Source: a virus. Taken from it: a stretch of DNA of 64,000 nucleotides. Made by a program: the position numbers and the translations under genes. Where the stretch lies: positions 40,230-104,229 of the IMG/VR virus record IMGVR_UViG_2716884398_000001. The stretch is one strand, 5' to 3'. The notes below the pieces were generated by a model that made no database searches, was not told where the DNA came from, and saw nothing but the letters and a program-made list of their open reading frames with translations. This document shows positions 17,259 through 26,324 of the stretch, in pieces (position 1 is the first letter of the stretch; every line of letters starts with the position of its first letter).

Positions 17259-17276
17259 AATTCTGATCATTACTTA

Positions 17277-17867
17277 TTAAGGGGTTGAAATATCCTCTCT
17301 ATGAATAATAAAGTCGTAGCGAAGTTTCATCTCTAAAGTGTGGAATTCGTTCTGAGAGTAGTTGTACTCTGCGGCAGTAAGCGATTTAGGCCAAGCACCA
17401 ATTAACTGAATGTAGTTATAGGGCTGCATGTCAGAAGAGAGTTGTACTAATTCAATATTAGTCTTAAAACGACCTGGAGTTTGTAGGAAGCTGCTTGTAA
17501 ACTCACCTGTTGTTGGATCCCAAATAGTTTGGAAGAACTTAAAGAGTCCAACATTAGCCTTAGTCTTAACAAGGTTATCAAAGGTAACGGTCATTTCCTC
17601 AGTACTTGGCTTTCCAGGGTAGTAAACTTGGTCGTTAACTCTGTGTACAGGAATATCCTCGACCTGAAGACCAATACCATTAACCTGCTTCGCTGCAAGA
17701 GTTAAGGGCTTCGAAAAAGAACCAATCTCAACTTCCTGTGGAGGGTGAAATGTTATTTCCCATTGATAAGCTCTGATCGAATCAATGTCCTGGGAAATAA
17801 CAGGCATGGTATTACCATCCGTGATGTCCCGATTTAAATTGTTTGCATAGTATCCTGTAAGTCCCAT
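17277..17867 (-). CDS. Tail tube protein (T4 gp19-like)
   Basis: RAYQWEITF, YYPGKP, TVTFD, LIGAWP and LRYD motifs; directly downstream of the sheath gene. Confidence 0.88.
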   Translation of the reverse strand: MGLTGYYANNLNRDITDGNTMPVISQDIDSIRAYQWEITFHPPQEVEIGSFSKPLTLAAKQVNGIGLQVEDIPVHRVNDQVYYPGKPSTEEMTVTFDNLVKTKANVGLFKFFQTIWDPTTGEFTSSFLQTPGRFKTNIELVQLSSDMQPYNYIQLIGAWPKSLTAAEYNYSQNEFHTLEMKLRYDFIIHREDISTP

Positions 17868-17881
17868 TAGTTTCTCCTATT

Positions 17882-19975
17882 CTAACTTAAGTTTGTAGAT
17901 TGGTTTGTAATATTGAGTTCAAAGACAATAACTTCAGCAGTCTTTGTTGGCTTAATAAGAACTTTACACCAAAGTTCATTTCTATCAACCCTAACAGGTG
18001 TGTTTGTAGTTTCATCACAAACAACCTTGAATTGATTAATTCCTCTTCTTCGTCTAATATCATCTAGGAAAGGATCAAGCGTAGCCTTTACCTTTTCCCA
18101 GGTGATCTCATCATTAGGCTCGAAAACAAATCTTTGAGTTGCATCTAAAATAACTCTCTTAACAACGAGCAAGAGTCTACGAACATTAATTCTGTCTAAT
18201 GCAGTGGGATCTCTCTGTGCTGTTCTTTGCCCGAAGATCGTAATCCCTCTCTGGGGGAAATTAACGATGGGGTTGATTGCATTACCGCCACTGTATAAGG
18301 AGTCTCTGTCTCCCTGATTGAGATCAACTTCAACCTCAGTGGGCTTAAGAAGTCTACCTCTAACAAAACCTGCGGGAGCGAACCATGGATCAGCAACACT
18401 ATCAGTGAAGCACATTTGCTTAATACCGTAGACACCTGGATCCATAAAGATATCCCTACCTAGGTAAGGGTTGAATACTTTTACAGCAGGATAATAAATA
18501 GCTGCGTAAGAGCTATTTATTGGGGAGGTTCTCATTAATTTACCGTTATGCCAATCAATAGCGTTTTGAGCATTACCAATTGCAAGAGGAGTACCTAAAA
18601 CAGCTATAAAATCGTTTGTTCTTTCTGCTAATGCTACTAACTCATTTTGAACAGCTTCGTCGGTGATGCCTGGGACAATAGCCATGGTGATTGGAACGCC
18701 TTCTACATCTAATGATTGCATACCTGTTTTAGGAAGAGCCGCAGCATTTCCTACTAAAGAACCAGTGGTGTTTTCAGAAGCTCCACTGTTACCACCAGCC
18801 ATTCCTACCCCACCATCAATAAATTTAGTAAATCGGGGTGTGATATCATCTGTACCATTAGCGTCTGCAACGCCATCACCTAGTAAAACATCAATTCTCT
18901 TAGTAAACAGAATTGGATTAGCATCAAGGGAGCCTCCATCTTCTTCCAAGTTGCCCCGAATAACTTCAGATGTAGTATCAGTATTACCAGTGTTGATTAT
19001 AGACTCAACAAAAGATTCTGTTCCTAGAGAAACCGTAAAGCTTTCTAATATAGAGCCATTCTCATAAACATACAATACTGATTGATCACCACCTAAGGAT
19101 TCAGTAGCGACTGCGTTACCTTTTACTGCACCGCCAACACCTACAACCTCATTGTAACCCGCTCCAGGCCAAAGTGATTCTGCTTTATATGCGAAAGATG
19201 CAGTTGAATAAGTCCAACCATTTGCGTTACCAGTGTCTGCCCAAGCAGGAGTTTCAGGATCGCTCCCCTCTTCAATCAGGGGATTACCTTCAGAGTCTAA
19301 TGCAACAAAAGCATTTGAGATAATATCATCAATATCCTTAGCAGCGGAGGAGTATGCAGTCGCAGTAATTGAAGCCGTTGCACCTGCTGCGAAGCCAACT
19401 AAAATACCGTTTTCTGAACCCATAAGGGAACCAGCATCATCGTCATCCCAAAAAACGCCAACCTTGTCAGTGCTAAGGGAACCCCCTATGGCCGCTCTTA
19501 AGGCTTGAGCATTAGTCTCGCCATTAGGCACAGGAACATGGAATGTTCTAGAGCCTTCTGGGAAACCAAAATCATTATTATTGTCACGGACAGATATTTC
19601 CACCCAAACACCCTCAGTAGCCTCAGTAAAAATATTTGAATTAACAGCTAAAGCTGGGCAAGCACCTAAGGATAAGCGACTAGAAGCTAATGCACTTTCT
19701 TCATCATCAATTGCACGAACAAACCATAGTTGATTCGTTCCGTTAGGACCCGCAAGAATCTCTAATGCACCTTGGAGTCCCTGACCTGGAAGATCGTCAC
19801 TAGGTTCACCAAATGTACTTACAAGTTGTGTTGGGCTGGTAATTAGAGTAGGCTTATGTGGCTCTCCTTTATCAGCAAACCCAACCACACCTACAATAGA
19901 TGGGTTAGTTGCTGGGGTGTATTCACTAATATCTTTCTCAATTACATAGACACCTGGACTTACAAAATTTGGCAT
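17882..19975 (-). CDS. Contractile tail sheath protein (T4 gp18-like)
   Basis: SPGVYVIEKD, PWFAPAGFVRG, INPIV, FGQRT, DRINVRRL and FVFEPND motifs. Confidence 0.96.
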   Translation of the reverse strand: MPNFVSPGVYVIEKDISEYTPATNPSIVGVVGFADKGEPHKPTLITSPTQLVSTFGEPSDDLPGQGLQGALEILAGPNGTNQLWFVRAIDDEESALASSRLSLGACPALAVNSNIFTEATEGVWVEISVRDNNNDFGFPEGSRTFHVPVPNGETNAQALRAAIGGSLSTDKVGVFWDDDDAGSLMGSENGILVGFAAGATASITATAYSSAAKDIDDIISNAFVALDSEGNPLIEEGSDPETPAWADTGNANGWTYSTASFAYKAESLWPGAGYNEVVGVGGAVKGNAVATESLGGDQSVLYVYENGSILESFTVSLGTESFVESIINTGNTDTTSEVIRGNLEEDGGSLDANPILFTKRIDVLLGDGVADANGTDDITPRFTKFIDGGVGMAGGNSGASENTTGSLVGNAAALPKTGMQSLDVEGVPITMAIVPGITDEAVQNELVALAERTNDFIAVLGTPLAIGNAQNAIDWHNGKLMRTSPINSSYAAIYYPAVKVFNPYLGRDIFMDPGVYGIKQMCFTDSVADPWFAPAGFVRGRLLKPTEVEVDLNQGDRDSLYSGGNAINPIVNFPQRGITIFGQRTAQRDPTALDRINVRRLLLVVKRVILDATQRFVFEPNDEITWEKVKATLDPFLDDIRRRRGINQFKVVCDETTNTPVRVDRNELWCKVLIKPTKTAEVIVFELNITNQSTNLS

Positions 19976-19984
19976 AATTATCTC

Positions 19985-20161
19985 CTAAGCATTTTTTAAA
20001 CGCAAAAGCTGCATTTTCTGCATATTCTTTACTTGTTCGGTAATATAGTAGGAAGGAACTACTATAGTCTCCTTAGGCTTTAACCATCTTGTGATATGAC
20101 CTTTAGGAGTGTTAATGTGGATCTCAAATCCTTGCAAACTATCATTGGTGATACTTTTCAT
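19985..20161 (-). CDS. 58-aa hypothetical protein absent from the ORF track (MKSITNDSLQGFEIHINTPKGHITRWLKPKETIVVPSYYITEQVKNMQKMQLLRLKNA)
   Basis: Translated by hand; GAGG SD and TAAATA box upstream; fills the gap before the sheath gene. Confidence 0.75.
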   Translation of the reverse strand: MKSITNDSLQGFEIHINTPKGHITRWLKPKETIVVPSYYITEQVKNMQKMQLLRLKNA

Positions 20162-20214
20162 AATAATTCCTCTATTATATTTACTATACCTTGTAACTAA
20201 GGTTGATTATTTTT

Positions 20215-20889
20215 TTAGGTTAAATGAACATCAACCCCTAATTCTTCTATTTTTCCAGTAGAAGTATATCTAAATTTTGGGCTAGGTATATATGTTTCTA
20301 CAGAAACAGTAAATGTCTTTCGAATAAGCCTGTCTTCTCTGTCCCCTGCGGTTACATCAGAGTTATTAGCCTCGTCGGTTAAGAATGCTTTCGTATCTTT
20401 ACTATAGGGAGTAATAAAGAACAAGCTAGGATTAAATTTAAGCCTCACTTGCTCTGCTAATTGATCCATATCTTCCATGTATTTGGTCCAAATACTAACA
20501 CCGTAGCTAATATTTACGGGCCTATCAACAAAGCTTATCACCCTCTCTGCTCTAGCTGTCTCATTATTGTAAAACTTACTAGCAATAATAATAGGCTTAT
20601 ATTTACGCCTAGTGGGGTCATCATCAATCTTAGTCTGCCCAACTGTAACTACAGGAAGAATAATATTATTCTCTTGATATAGTTTTGCGATTGTCCGCTC
20701 AGGGTTTGCGTGAAAGCATTTTACATCAGTAAAATTACCCTCAGCATCAATATACCCTAAGTTACCGAACTCATGAATAAGAGAACGCAAGGTTTCTTTA
20801 TAAACTTTTGCAGGTAAAGTGGACTTTTTAGTAGCTTCCATCAGATACCCACGAAGCTTTTCATTAGCTGATCTACCCTCAATCGCCAT
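20215..20889 (-). CDS. Tail completion/terminator protein (gp15-like)
   Basis: ILPVVTV, PVNISYGVSIWTKYMEDMDQLAEQV and FTVSVETYI; position between the neck and sheath genes. Confidence 0.75.
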   Translation of the reverse strand: MAIEGRSANEKLRGYLMEATKKSTLPAKVYKETLRSLIHEFGNLGYIDAEGNFTDVKCFHANPERTIAKLYQENNIILPVVTVGQTKIDDDPTRRKYKPIIIASKFYNNETARAERVISFVDRPVNISYGVSIWTKYMEDMDQLAEQVRLKFNPSLFFITPYSKDTKAFLTDEANNSDVTAGDREDRLIRKTFTVSVETYIPSPKFRYTSTGKIEELGVDVHLT

Positions 20890-21442
20890 GCATATACCTT
20901 CCTAGTTCATCAGTTGTGTGTAAGTTTGGTGTGTCCTGAACTTCTTCGTTAGCGCGAAGGAGTTTAGCAGAACATACGAGGTGATACACGCCATAAATTT
21001 CAAAGCTATCTTCTTGAACTTGGAAGATCTCGTACTTCTGCTCCTGGAATTTAGGTTTTATAACATCTCCAGGTAGGGGCATCCTGTTTAATCTCTCCTC
21101 AATATAGCTTTTATTAAATACAAACAACTGCTCATTAGTTAATTCGATTCCAAACTCTGAGAGGTTTTCCTCCAAAGCTTTAGGCTCATAATGACCATGA
21201 ACAACAATAGGTTCTGTAGCTATAGGCTTATTACGAGATTCTAGATATACATCATCATGATCTTCACTCTGATAATATTTGTAGTAATATAGCTCAGATC
21301 CTGAGATCTTAATTAGCTCATCATCAACAAGATTAAAAAGATTAATATCTGCGTTTTCTTGATCAAAAAAGTTAAGCATACTACTGCCTTCCCCTTCGGG
21401 GAGGGGTGGCATATTTGTAGTAACTTTAAAATTCTTAGGCAT
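20879..21442 (-). CDS. Neck/head-completion protein (gp14-like)
   Basis: DELIKISG.ELYYY, DDVYLE, LSEFGIE, PLPGDVI and YEIFQV motifs. Confidence 0.8.
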   Translation of the reverse strand: MPKNFKVTTNMPPLPEGEGSSMLNFFDQENADINLFNLVDDELIKISGSELYYYKYYQSEDHDDVYLESRNKPIATEPIVVHGHYEPKALEENLSEFGIELTNEQLFVFNKSYIEERLNRMPLPGDVIKPKFQEQKYEIFQVQEDSFEIYGVYHLVCSAKLLRANEEVQDTPNLHTTDELGRYMHGD

Positions 21443-22799
21443 TTCTCAATCTTCTTCTGAGCATCTCCCTTAGGGGACTTCCAGTACCTAGGTACTCAGT
21501 ATGTGCCCTGTCTATGTTGGTGTCGGGATGTTCGATCTCCCCTCTAGAGAGAGCATGAGGCATTGGTTTCTGTGTCCATTTCTTGCGTCTTGTTTGCTTA
21601 AATGTCTTCCTCGCTTGCTGTGCCCCACTAAGATTTCCAGATTTCCTTAACTGCAAGAGCTTTTCCAGATGTTTTTTTCTTAAAGCTATATTAGTTGGAT
21701 CCCTCTTCACAGGGTCTTGCGTATATCTTTTACCCGCAGGAAGTTCGAGAGGCGCATCCTTCAGATTTTTAACATCCCAACTCCACGGGCGTCGTGTTGT
21801 AGCAGGTAGGTCAGCGCCTCTTTCTATTTGGTTAGGATTGTAGTTAGATGGTTTATGCTCGATGGGCGTAGCATCTACTTTAAGAGGATCCTCTGGCACT
21901 AAGCTGGTTTCAGGTTTAACCTTAGGGTCTGTGGGTTTTCCTCTCCCTACTTTATACCATGGAACTCCTCCTTTACTAATAGGTCTACCTGTTCTAGATA
22001 TCCCTGGCTCTGTTGTGTATGGATAAGAGGGGTCCGTTCTATCTCCAGATGTCTTTCTATATTCTGGTTCCTCCTCACCCCTAGCCATGGCTCTAGCTCT
22101 TGCGATATCTCTAAATGCTTTCACTGCTTCAGGATCACCAGCCAATCTTTTAGCTTGAGCTTGCTGCCTTTCTCTCCTTTGGATCCTCTGTGAAGTTGTT
22201 TGGTTCATGTACTTTCCAGAGGTTCCAGTTTGCTGCTTTCCTGGCTGAAATCCGAACTCTGTCTTCTTTGTTACTTTACCAGTATCTGGATCCACTTCTG
22301 TTCTTTGTACATCTCCATATCTTGAAGTAAATCCAGGAAGTGGCTTTCCTTGTCTCAGTTCGTACTCTCTAGCAAACTCATCTCTTTTAGCAGCAGTAGG
22401 AGCGTTCATCTTCCATTGATCAGAAAAGGTGGGTGCCCCTTTCCCCAATCTTCTATCTGCCATTCTTCTTTGTACGATATCCCAAGCTTTATCTCCTACT
22501 ACTCTTTCTCCAGTGTTAGGATCAATCGCACCACCAACCATAGCATCACGCTTGGCTTGAGCTTTCATTGCGGCTCCCATATAGCCTTTCCTATAACCGA
22601 AACGATAATCATCTGCTGTTCCGATAACATCTCTTTTGATACGCTTTGCTGTTGCTCCTAATGAGCCTCTAAGCTTCCCCGCCTTGGTTTTTAGTGTAGA
22701 GGCTAATAATTCATCAATTCGATCATCAAATTCACTCTTAATATTTTCTTTAAGAGCTTGTCTTTCTGTAAGAATATCGTGTAATTTTTTCTTATCCAT
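21435..22799 (-). CDS. Basic low-complexity hypothetical protein between the neck genes (candidate internal head protein)
   Basis: 454 aa; rich in R, K, G and P; ILTE, LKE and LRE motifs near the termini. Confidence 0.7.
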   Translation of the reverse strand: MDKKKLHDILTERQALKENIKSEFDDRIDELLASTLKTKAGKLRGSLGATAKRIKRDVIGTADDYRFGYRKGYMGAAMKAQAKRDAMVGGAIDPNTGERVVGDKAWDIVQRRMADRRLGKGAPTFSDQWKMNAPTAAKRDEFAREYELRQGKPLPGFTSRYGDVQRTEVDPDTGKVTKKTEFGFQPGKQQTGTSGKYMNQTTSQRIQRRERQQAQAKRLAGDPEAVKAFRDIARARAMARGEEEPEYRKTSGDRTDPSYPYTTEPGISRTGRPISKGGVPWYKVGRGKPTDPKVKPETSLVPEDPLKVDATPIEHKPSNYNPNQIERGADLPATTRRPWSWDVKNLKDAPLELPAGKRYTQDPVKRDPTNIALRKKHLEKLLQLRKSGNLSGAQQARKTFKQTRRKKWTQKPMPHALSRGEIEHPDTNIDRAHTEYLGTGSPLREMLRRRLRNA

Positions 22800-22800
22800 A

Positions 22801-23694
22801 TTAGTATGTAGTGAACACGGGTGGTTCTTCGATCTGTGAAGTAAGTTCTTCCATAAGAGCTTGCTTTTCTGTGGCTGATTCTTGTGCTAACTGTTGAGCA
22901 TTAAGTGAGACACCCCCTCCAGGAGAAGGAACTTGTCCATATTTACCCCTAACCTGTGATAATACACCTTTAGCTACCGCTAACGCATACCTTTGAATCC
23001 AATTAACATAAGCAGGGTGTATAGTATTAGAATCTAATGCTCTATACTCAATAATAACAGGCTCTGGAGTCATCACAGGAGCAGGATATAACTGCACATA
23101 GCGGTTATTTAAAATATTATATGAGCCTTCCTGGCTTAAAATCTTTCGTGTACTTTCGAGCATACTTTGGAGGAGGTAGAAATCACCTACCCCAAAGTTT
23201 TCAAACAAGAAATTCTCTTGAAAATACTTAATAAAAAAGTCAAATTCAAGCGTTCCTGCTTGCGATTGGATACTAAGCAAAGATTTTTTGTACACAATAT
23301 AGCTTAAATTATCAATCATATATGTAGGAAGTTCATATACATTCTGACCAGCAGAAGCTTCAAATACTGCATACTGCATAGTCCATAATGGAGCATGATA
23401 GTTTAGCTTTGTAACAGCTTCATCTATGCTCGCTTTTAATTGATAATGTGTAAGTTCGACACGAACAATAGGATGACCTAACATCCCCAAAACATAGTCT
23501 TTAACTAGTTCATCAAAAGGGGAAAACTCTACTCCATCTGATAGTTTAGTTTTATTCAGTTTTGAAGGATCAATATCTCCTTCTGGGGTATAGTTAAGGA
23601 GGTCATAGCCATAATCTTTAGAACTATTTCTATTACCAAAACTTGTCCCGTAACCATTAAGCCTCGGTCTTGGAAATGTCTTGTTTGTCGCCAT
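22801..23694 (-). CDS. Neck protein (gp13-like)
   Basis: LGHPIVRVEL, WIQRYALAVAKGVL...RGKY and PGGGVSLNA motifs. Confidence 0.85.
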   Translation of the reverse strand: MATNKTFPRPRLNGYGTSFGNRNSSKDYGYDLLNYTPEGDIDPSKLNKTKLSDGVEFSPFDELVKDYVLGMLGHPIVRVELTHYQLKASIDEAVTKLNYHAPLWTMQYAVFEASAGQNVYELPTYMIDNLSYIVYKKSLLSIQSQAGTLEFDFFIKYFQENFLFENFGVGDFYLLQSMLESTRKILSQEGSYNILNNRYVQLYPAPVMTPEPVIIEYRALDSNTIHPAYVNWIQRYALAVAKGVLSQVRGKYGQVPSPGGGVSLNAQQLAQESATEKQALMEELTSQIEEPPVFTTY

Positions 23695-23866
23695 CTATTT
23701 CTACCTTCTTTTTGGGTCTACCCCGTTTCTTTTCCTCAATTAAAGTTAACTGTGGATAATCTAGCTTTTCTTTTGTTTTTATTATTTGTTTAGGGCGAAT
23801 TTCAAGTATCTCACCACCAACATATAATAACATCCTGAATCGGCAGGAGCTTTTGTATGTATACAT
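23657..23866 (-). CDS. Small basic hypothetical protein with an AT-hook-like KKRGRPKK
   Basis: 69 aa ORF after the capsid terminator, with its own TATATA box. Confidence 0.6.
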   Translation of the reverse strand: MYTYKSSCRFRMLLYVGGEILEIRPKQIIKTKEKLDYPQLTLIEEKKRGRPKKKVEIDGDKQDISKTEA

Positions 23867-23885
23867 TATTCTACTTTATATAGGC

Positions 23886-23923
23886 AAAGAAAAAGGGCCA
23901 AGGAAGTAATTTTCCCTGGCCCC
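23886..23923 (-). terminator. Rho-independent terminator after the major capsid gene
   Basis: GGGCCAGGGAA-loop-TTCCTTGGCCC followed by TTTTTCTTT. Confidence 0.82.
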
Positions 23924-23969
23924 TCTATTTCTTTATGATTTATTATCTAAATCATTCAACCATTATGGC

Positions 23970-25616
23970 TTATGCCATCCCGCCTTTCACCTTAGCGAAT
24001 GGGGTGAAGAGGAAGTTAGCGGTAGGCCCGATAAGTCTCAAGATTCTATAGTATCTTGAGGCTGGGGTTACTGCTGCCTTACCATAGCGGGTGAGGATCC
24101 CCTTCCTGGGCTGGAAGTCGGTGGGATCAACGATGGTGGGTAGAGTCTGGAGTGGGATGTATGGAGAATAGACAAAGCCTGAATCCATAGCATTGGCACC
24201 CTTATAACCCATCATAAGCTCATCTTCTGGGTACATAGGATCGACATAAAGATCAAACTGACCAGCAAGTTTACCCTTGTACTCAATGTTACTACCACCA
24301 ACATTGGTGGGACCGTCAATCTTATCAACACCACCCTCAAGCTTTGCAGCAGAGTGAAGCATTGAAGCGACTAGAGGTGAGCAGACAATCCAGTTACCAG
24401 GACCACGCATCGTAGTCTTGTAGATGTCCTGACTCATAAGATTAAGCATTGCAAGCAAGTTTGCATAGACATGACCGACATGCTGAGGTGCAAAATCAAG
24501 AGCAGAAGTTGAGAAATCATATAAGAATACATTTTCGTTAGTTCCAGCAGTGTCTGTGCCTGTAGTGTAATCATACAAGAAGTCAGCAGCAGGATCATTA
24601 GTTGCCATGTCAGGCTGAAGAACAAAGTTGTTCGAATTTGCCTGATCAAGGTTAGCCTTCTTCCACTTAGATCCCTTGGCTTCAAGTTCACCATCAACAT
24701 CGTATGAAAGCATACGAAGATCTTCGATAAGCTCACGGTCGATCTCAAGGCGAAGTTCCTTACCAAGCATGTCAGTAAGCTCCCGCTCAAGGTCAAGGTT
24801 GTGATAAGCCTTAAGGTCTTGAGAAGCCTCAAGAGTCCAAAGGGCTCTCATCTTACGAGTACGGGCTGCAACAGGCTGCTGCTCGATGTGGAAGACCATT
24901 TCTGGAATACCAGAACCAGCCAAACGCTCACCAGCAGAGACATTGAATCCCATCATTCCGTGAGGACCAGAGCGAGTCGATCCAGTATCGTCACGACCGA
25001 GATCACCAACGGCAGGCCAAGAGGCAATCTTACCACCCATGGTAGCAGAAGCATAAGGACCATTAGCACCAGCACTCATGAAGAGAGCAGATGTAGTAAG
25101 ATCTCTACCTGCAAGAGCAGAAGGTGACCAGCCATTGTTGGTTACAACAATGTTACTATTACCTAATGCACTATCGGGGTCATGAGTTTGATCCATATCA
25201 TAGTTTGCACCCCCAAAGATTGGGTTAGTGGTCAAGCCTCTGTATGTGAGTTGATACTTGTTGTAGATCTGCTGCTCAGAACCACCATCAACACGACTGT
25301 TACCAATGTAGAAGATCTGTGAAACAGGTCCCTGCATTGGCTGAACGCCAACAATATTGTTAGCAATTAGTTCAGGATAAACGCGACGAACAATAGGAAA
25401 AGCAAACTTCTGGAAAGTACCTAAGCGGCCTACGGTAGTTTGTGTACCACCAGTATCGACTGCTTCCTGAAGTTTTTCAGAAATAATCGACTTAGCTTGG
25501 TTCTCAAGAAGTTGAGCGGTTACTCTTCTTCCGTAGTCATCGCCTATCCCTTCAAGAACTGGTTCCCATTTTTCTACGACTTCATTCTTAATTCCGTCTG
25601 TGGGCATAATATCCAT
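23970..25616 (-). CDS. Major capsid protein (T4 gp23-like)
   Basis: KWEPVLEG, LLENQ, PIVRRVYP, GVQPMQGP, RTRKMRALWTLEASQDLKAYH, EIDRE, YSPYIPL and PRKGILTRY motifs. Confidence 0.97.
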   Translation of the reverse strand: MDIMPTDGIKNEVVEKWEPVLEGIGDDYGRRVTAQLLENQAKSIISEKLQEAVDTGGTQTTVGRLGTFQKFAFPIVRRVYPELIANNIVGVQPMQGPVSQIFYIGNSRVDGGSEQQIYNKYQLTYRGLTTNPIFGGANYDMDQTHDPDSALGNSNIVVTNNGWSPSALAGRDLTTSALFMSAGANGPYASATMGGKIASWPAVGDLGRDDTGSTRSGPHGMMGFNVSAGERLAGSGIPEMVFHIEQQPVAARTRKMRALWTLEASQDLKAYHNLDLERELTDMLGKELRLEIDRELIEDLRMLSYDVDGELEAKGSKWKKANLDQANSNNFVLQPDMATNDPAADFLYDYTTGTDTAGTNENVFLYDFSTSALDFAPQHVGHVYANLLAMLNLMSQDIYKTTMRGPGNWIVCSPLVASMLHSAAKLEGGVDKIDGPTNVGGSNIEYKGKLAGQFDLYVDPMYPEDELMMGYKGANAMDSGFVYSPYIPLQTLPTIVDPTDFQPRKGILTRYGKAAVTPASRYYRILRLIGPTANFLFTPFAKVKGGMA

Positions 25617-25618
25617 AA

Positions 25619-26254
25619 TTAATTTCTCCTAGTTTCGTTGAAAGGCATAAACGCCATAACATCTTCGGTTAAGAACTCATTATCATTTTGAGTTTCAACC
25701 GTAGTAGATTCAGAGTCTACTTCCTCTGATATAACTAAAGCTCTTTCGTTTGATTTGAAAGGCTTTTCTACTACACCTTCAAGATGCTGTACGCTTTCCT
25801 GAAGTGTCTGATTTTTCTCTTCGATTAATGCTAACTTGTCATTGTATACTTTGATAGTATTTTCTAACTTAGCATTCTCCATAAGAGCTTCGTTAAGCTC
25901 ATGAATGATTAGCTGATTCTCTTCAGCAATCTCTTGAGCTTCTTGTGATACAAGAGCGACAGCAGACTCGTTATCACTTTCAGAAAGCTCAATAGCCATG
26001 AGTGACTTTAAGTACTCAAAGCTTTTGGCATTTTTAAAAGTATCATCTTCTGCTTCTAATTCTCTTATAGCTTGTTCTTTAATTGAGTCCATCTTAAGAC
26101 GAAGGAAAGAATAAACTTTATCCTCCAAATCTTGAACTCTTTCGTTGACCTGCTCAGTTATAACTGTATCAACGATGTTCGCAATATCCTCTAGTGCTTC
26201 CTCACTTAAATTTTCAGGAAGTAAAGAGGCGAGATTTTCCATTTTATTACTCAT
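25619..26254 (-). CDS. Prohead scaffolding protein (gp22-like)
   Basis: Acidic coiled coil between the protease and major capsid genes. Confidence 0.75.
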   Translation of the reverse strand: MSNKMENLASLLPENLSEEALEDIANIVDTVITEQVNERVQDLEDKVYSFLRLKMDSIKEQAIRELEAEDDTFKNAKSFEYLKSLMAIELSESDNESAVALVSQEAQEIAEENQLIIHELNEALMENAKLENTIKVYNDKLALIEEKNQTLQESVQHLEGVVEKPFKSNERALVISEEVDSESTTVETQNDNEFLTEDVMAFMPFNETRRN

Positions 26255-26324
26255 AATAAACTCCGTTTCTATCTTTATTTATTAGTTAATATAAACTATA
26301 TTAACTTTTTTTTAATTTTTGTAA

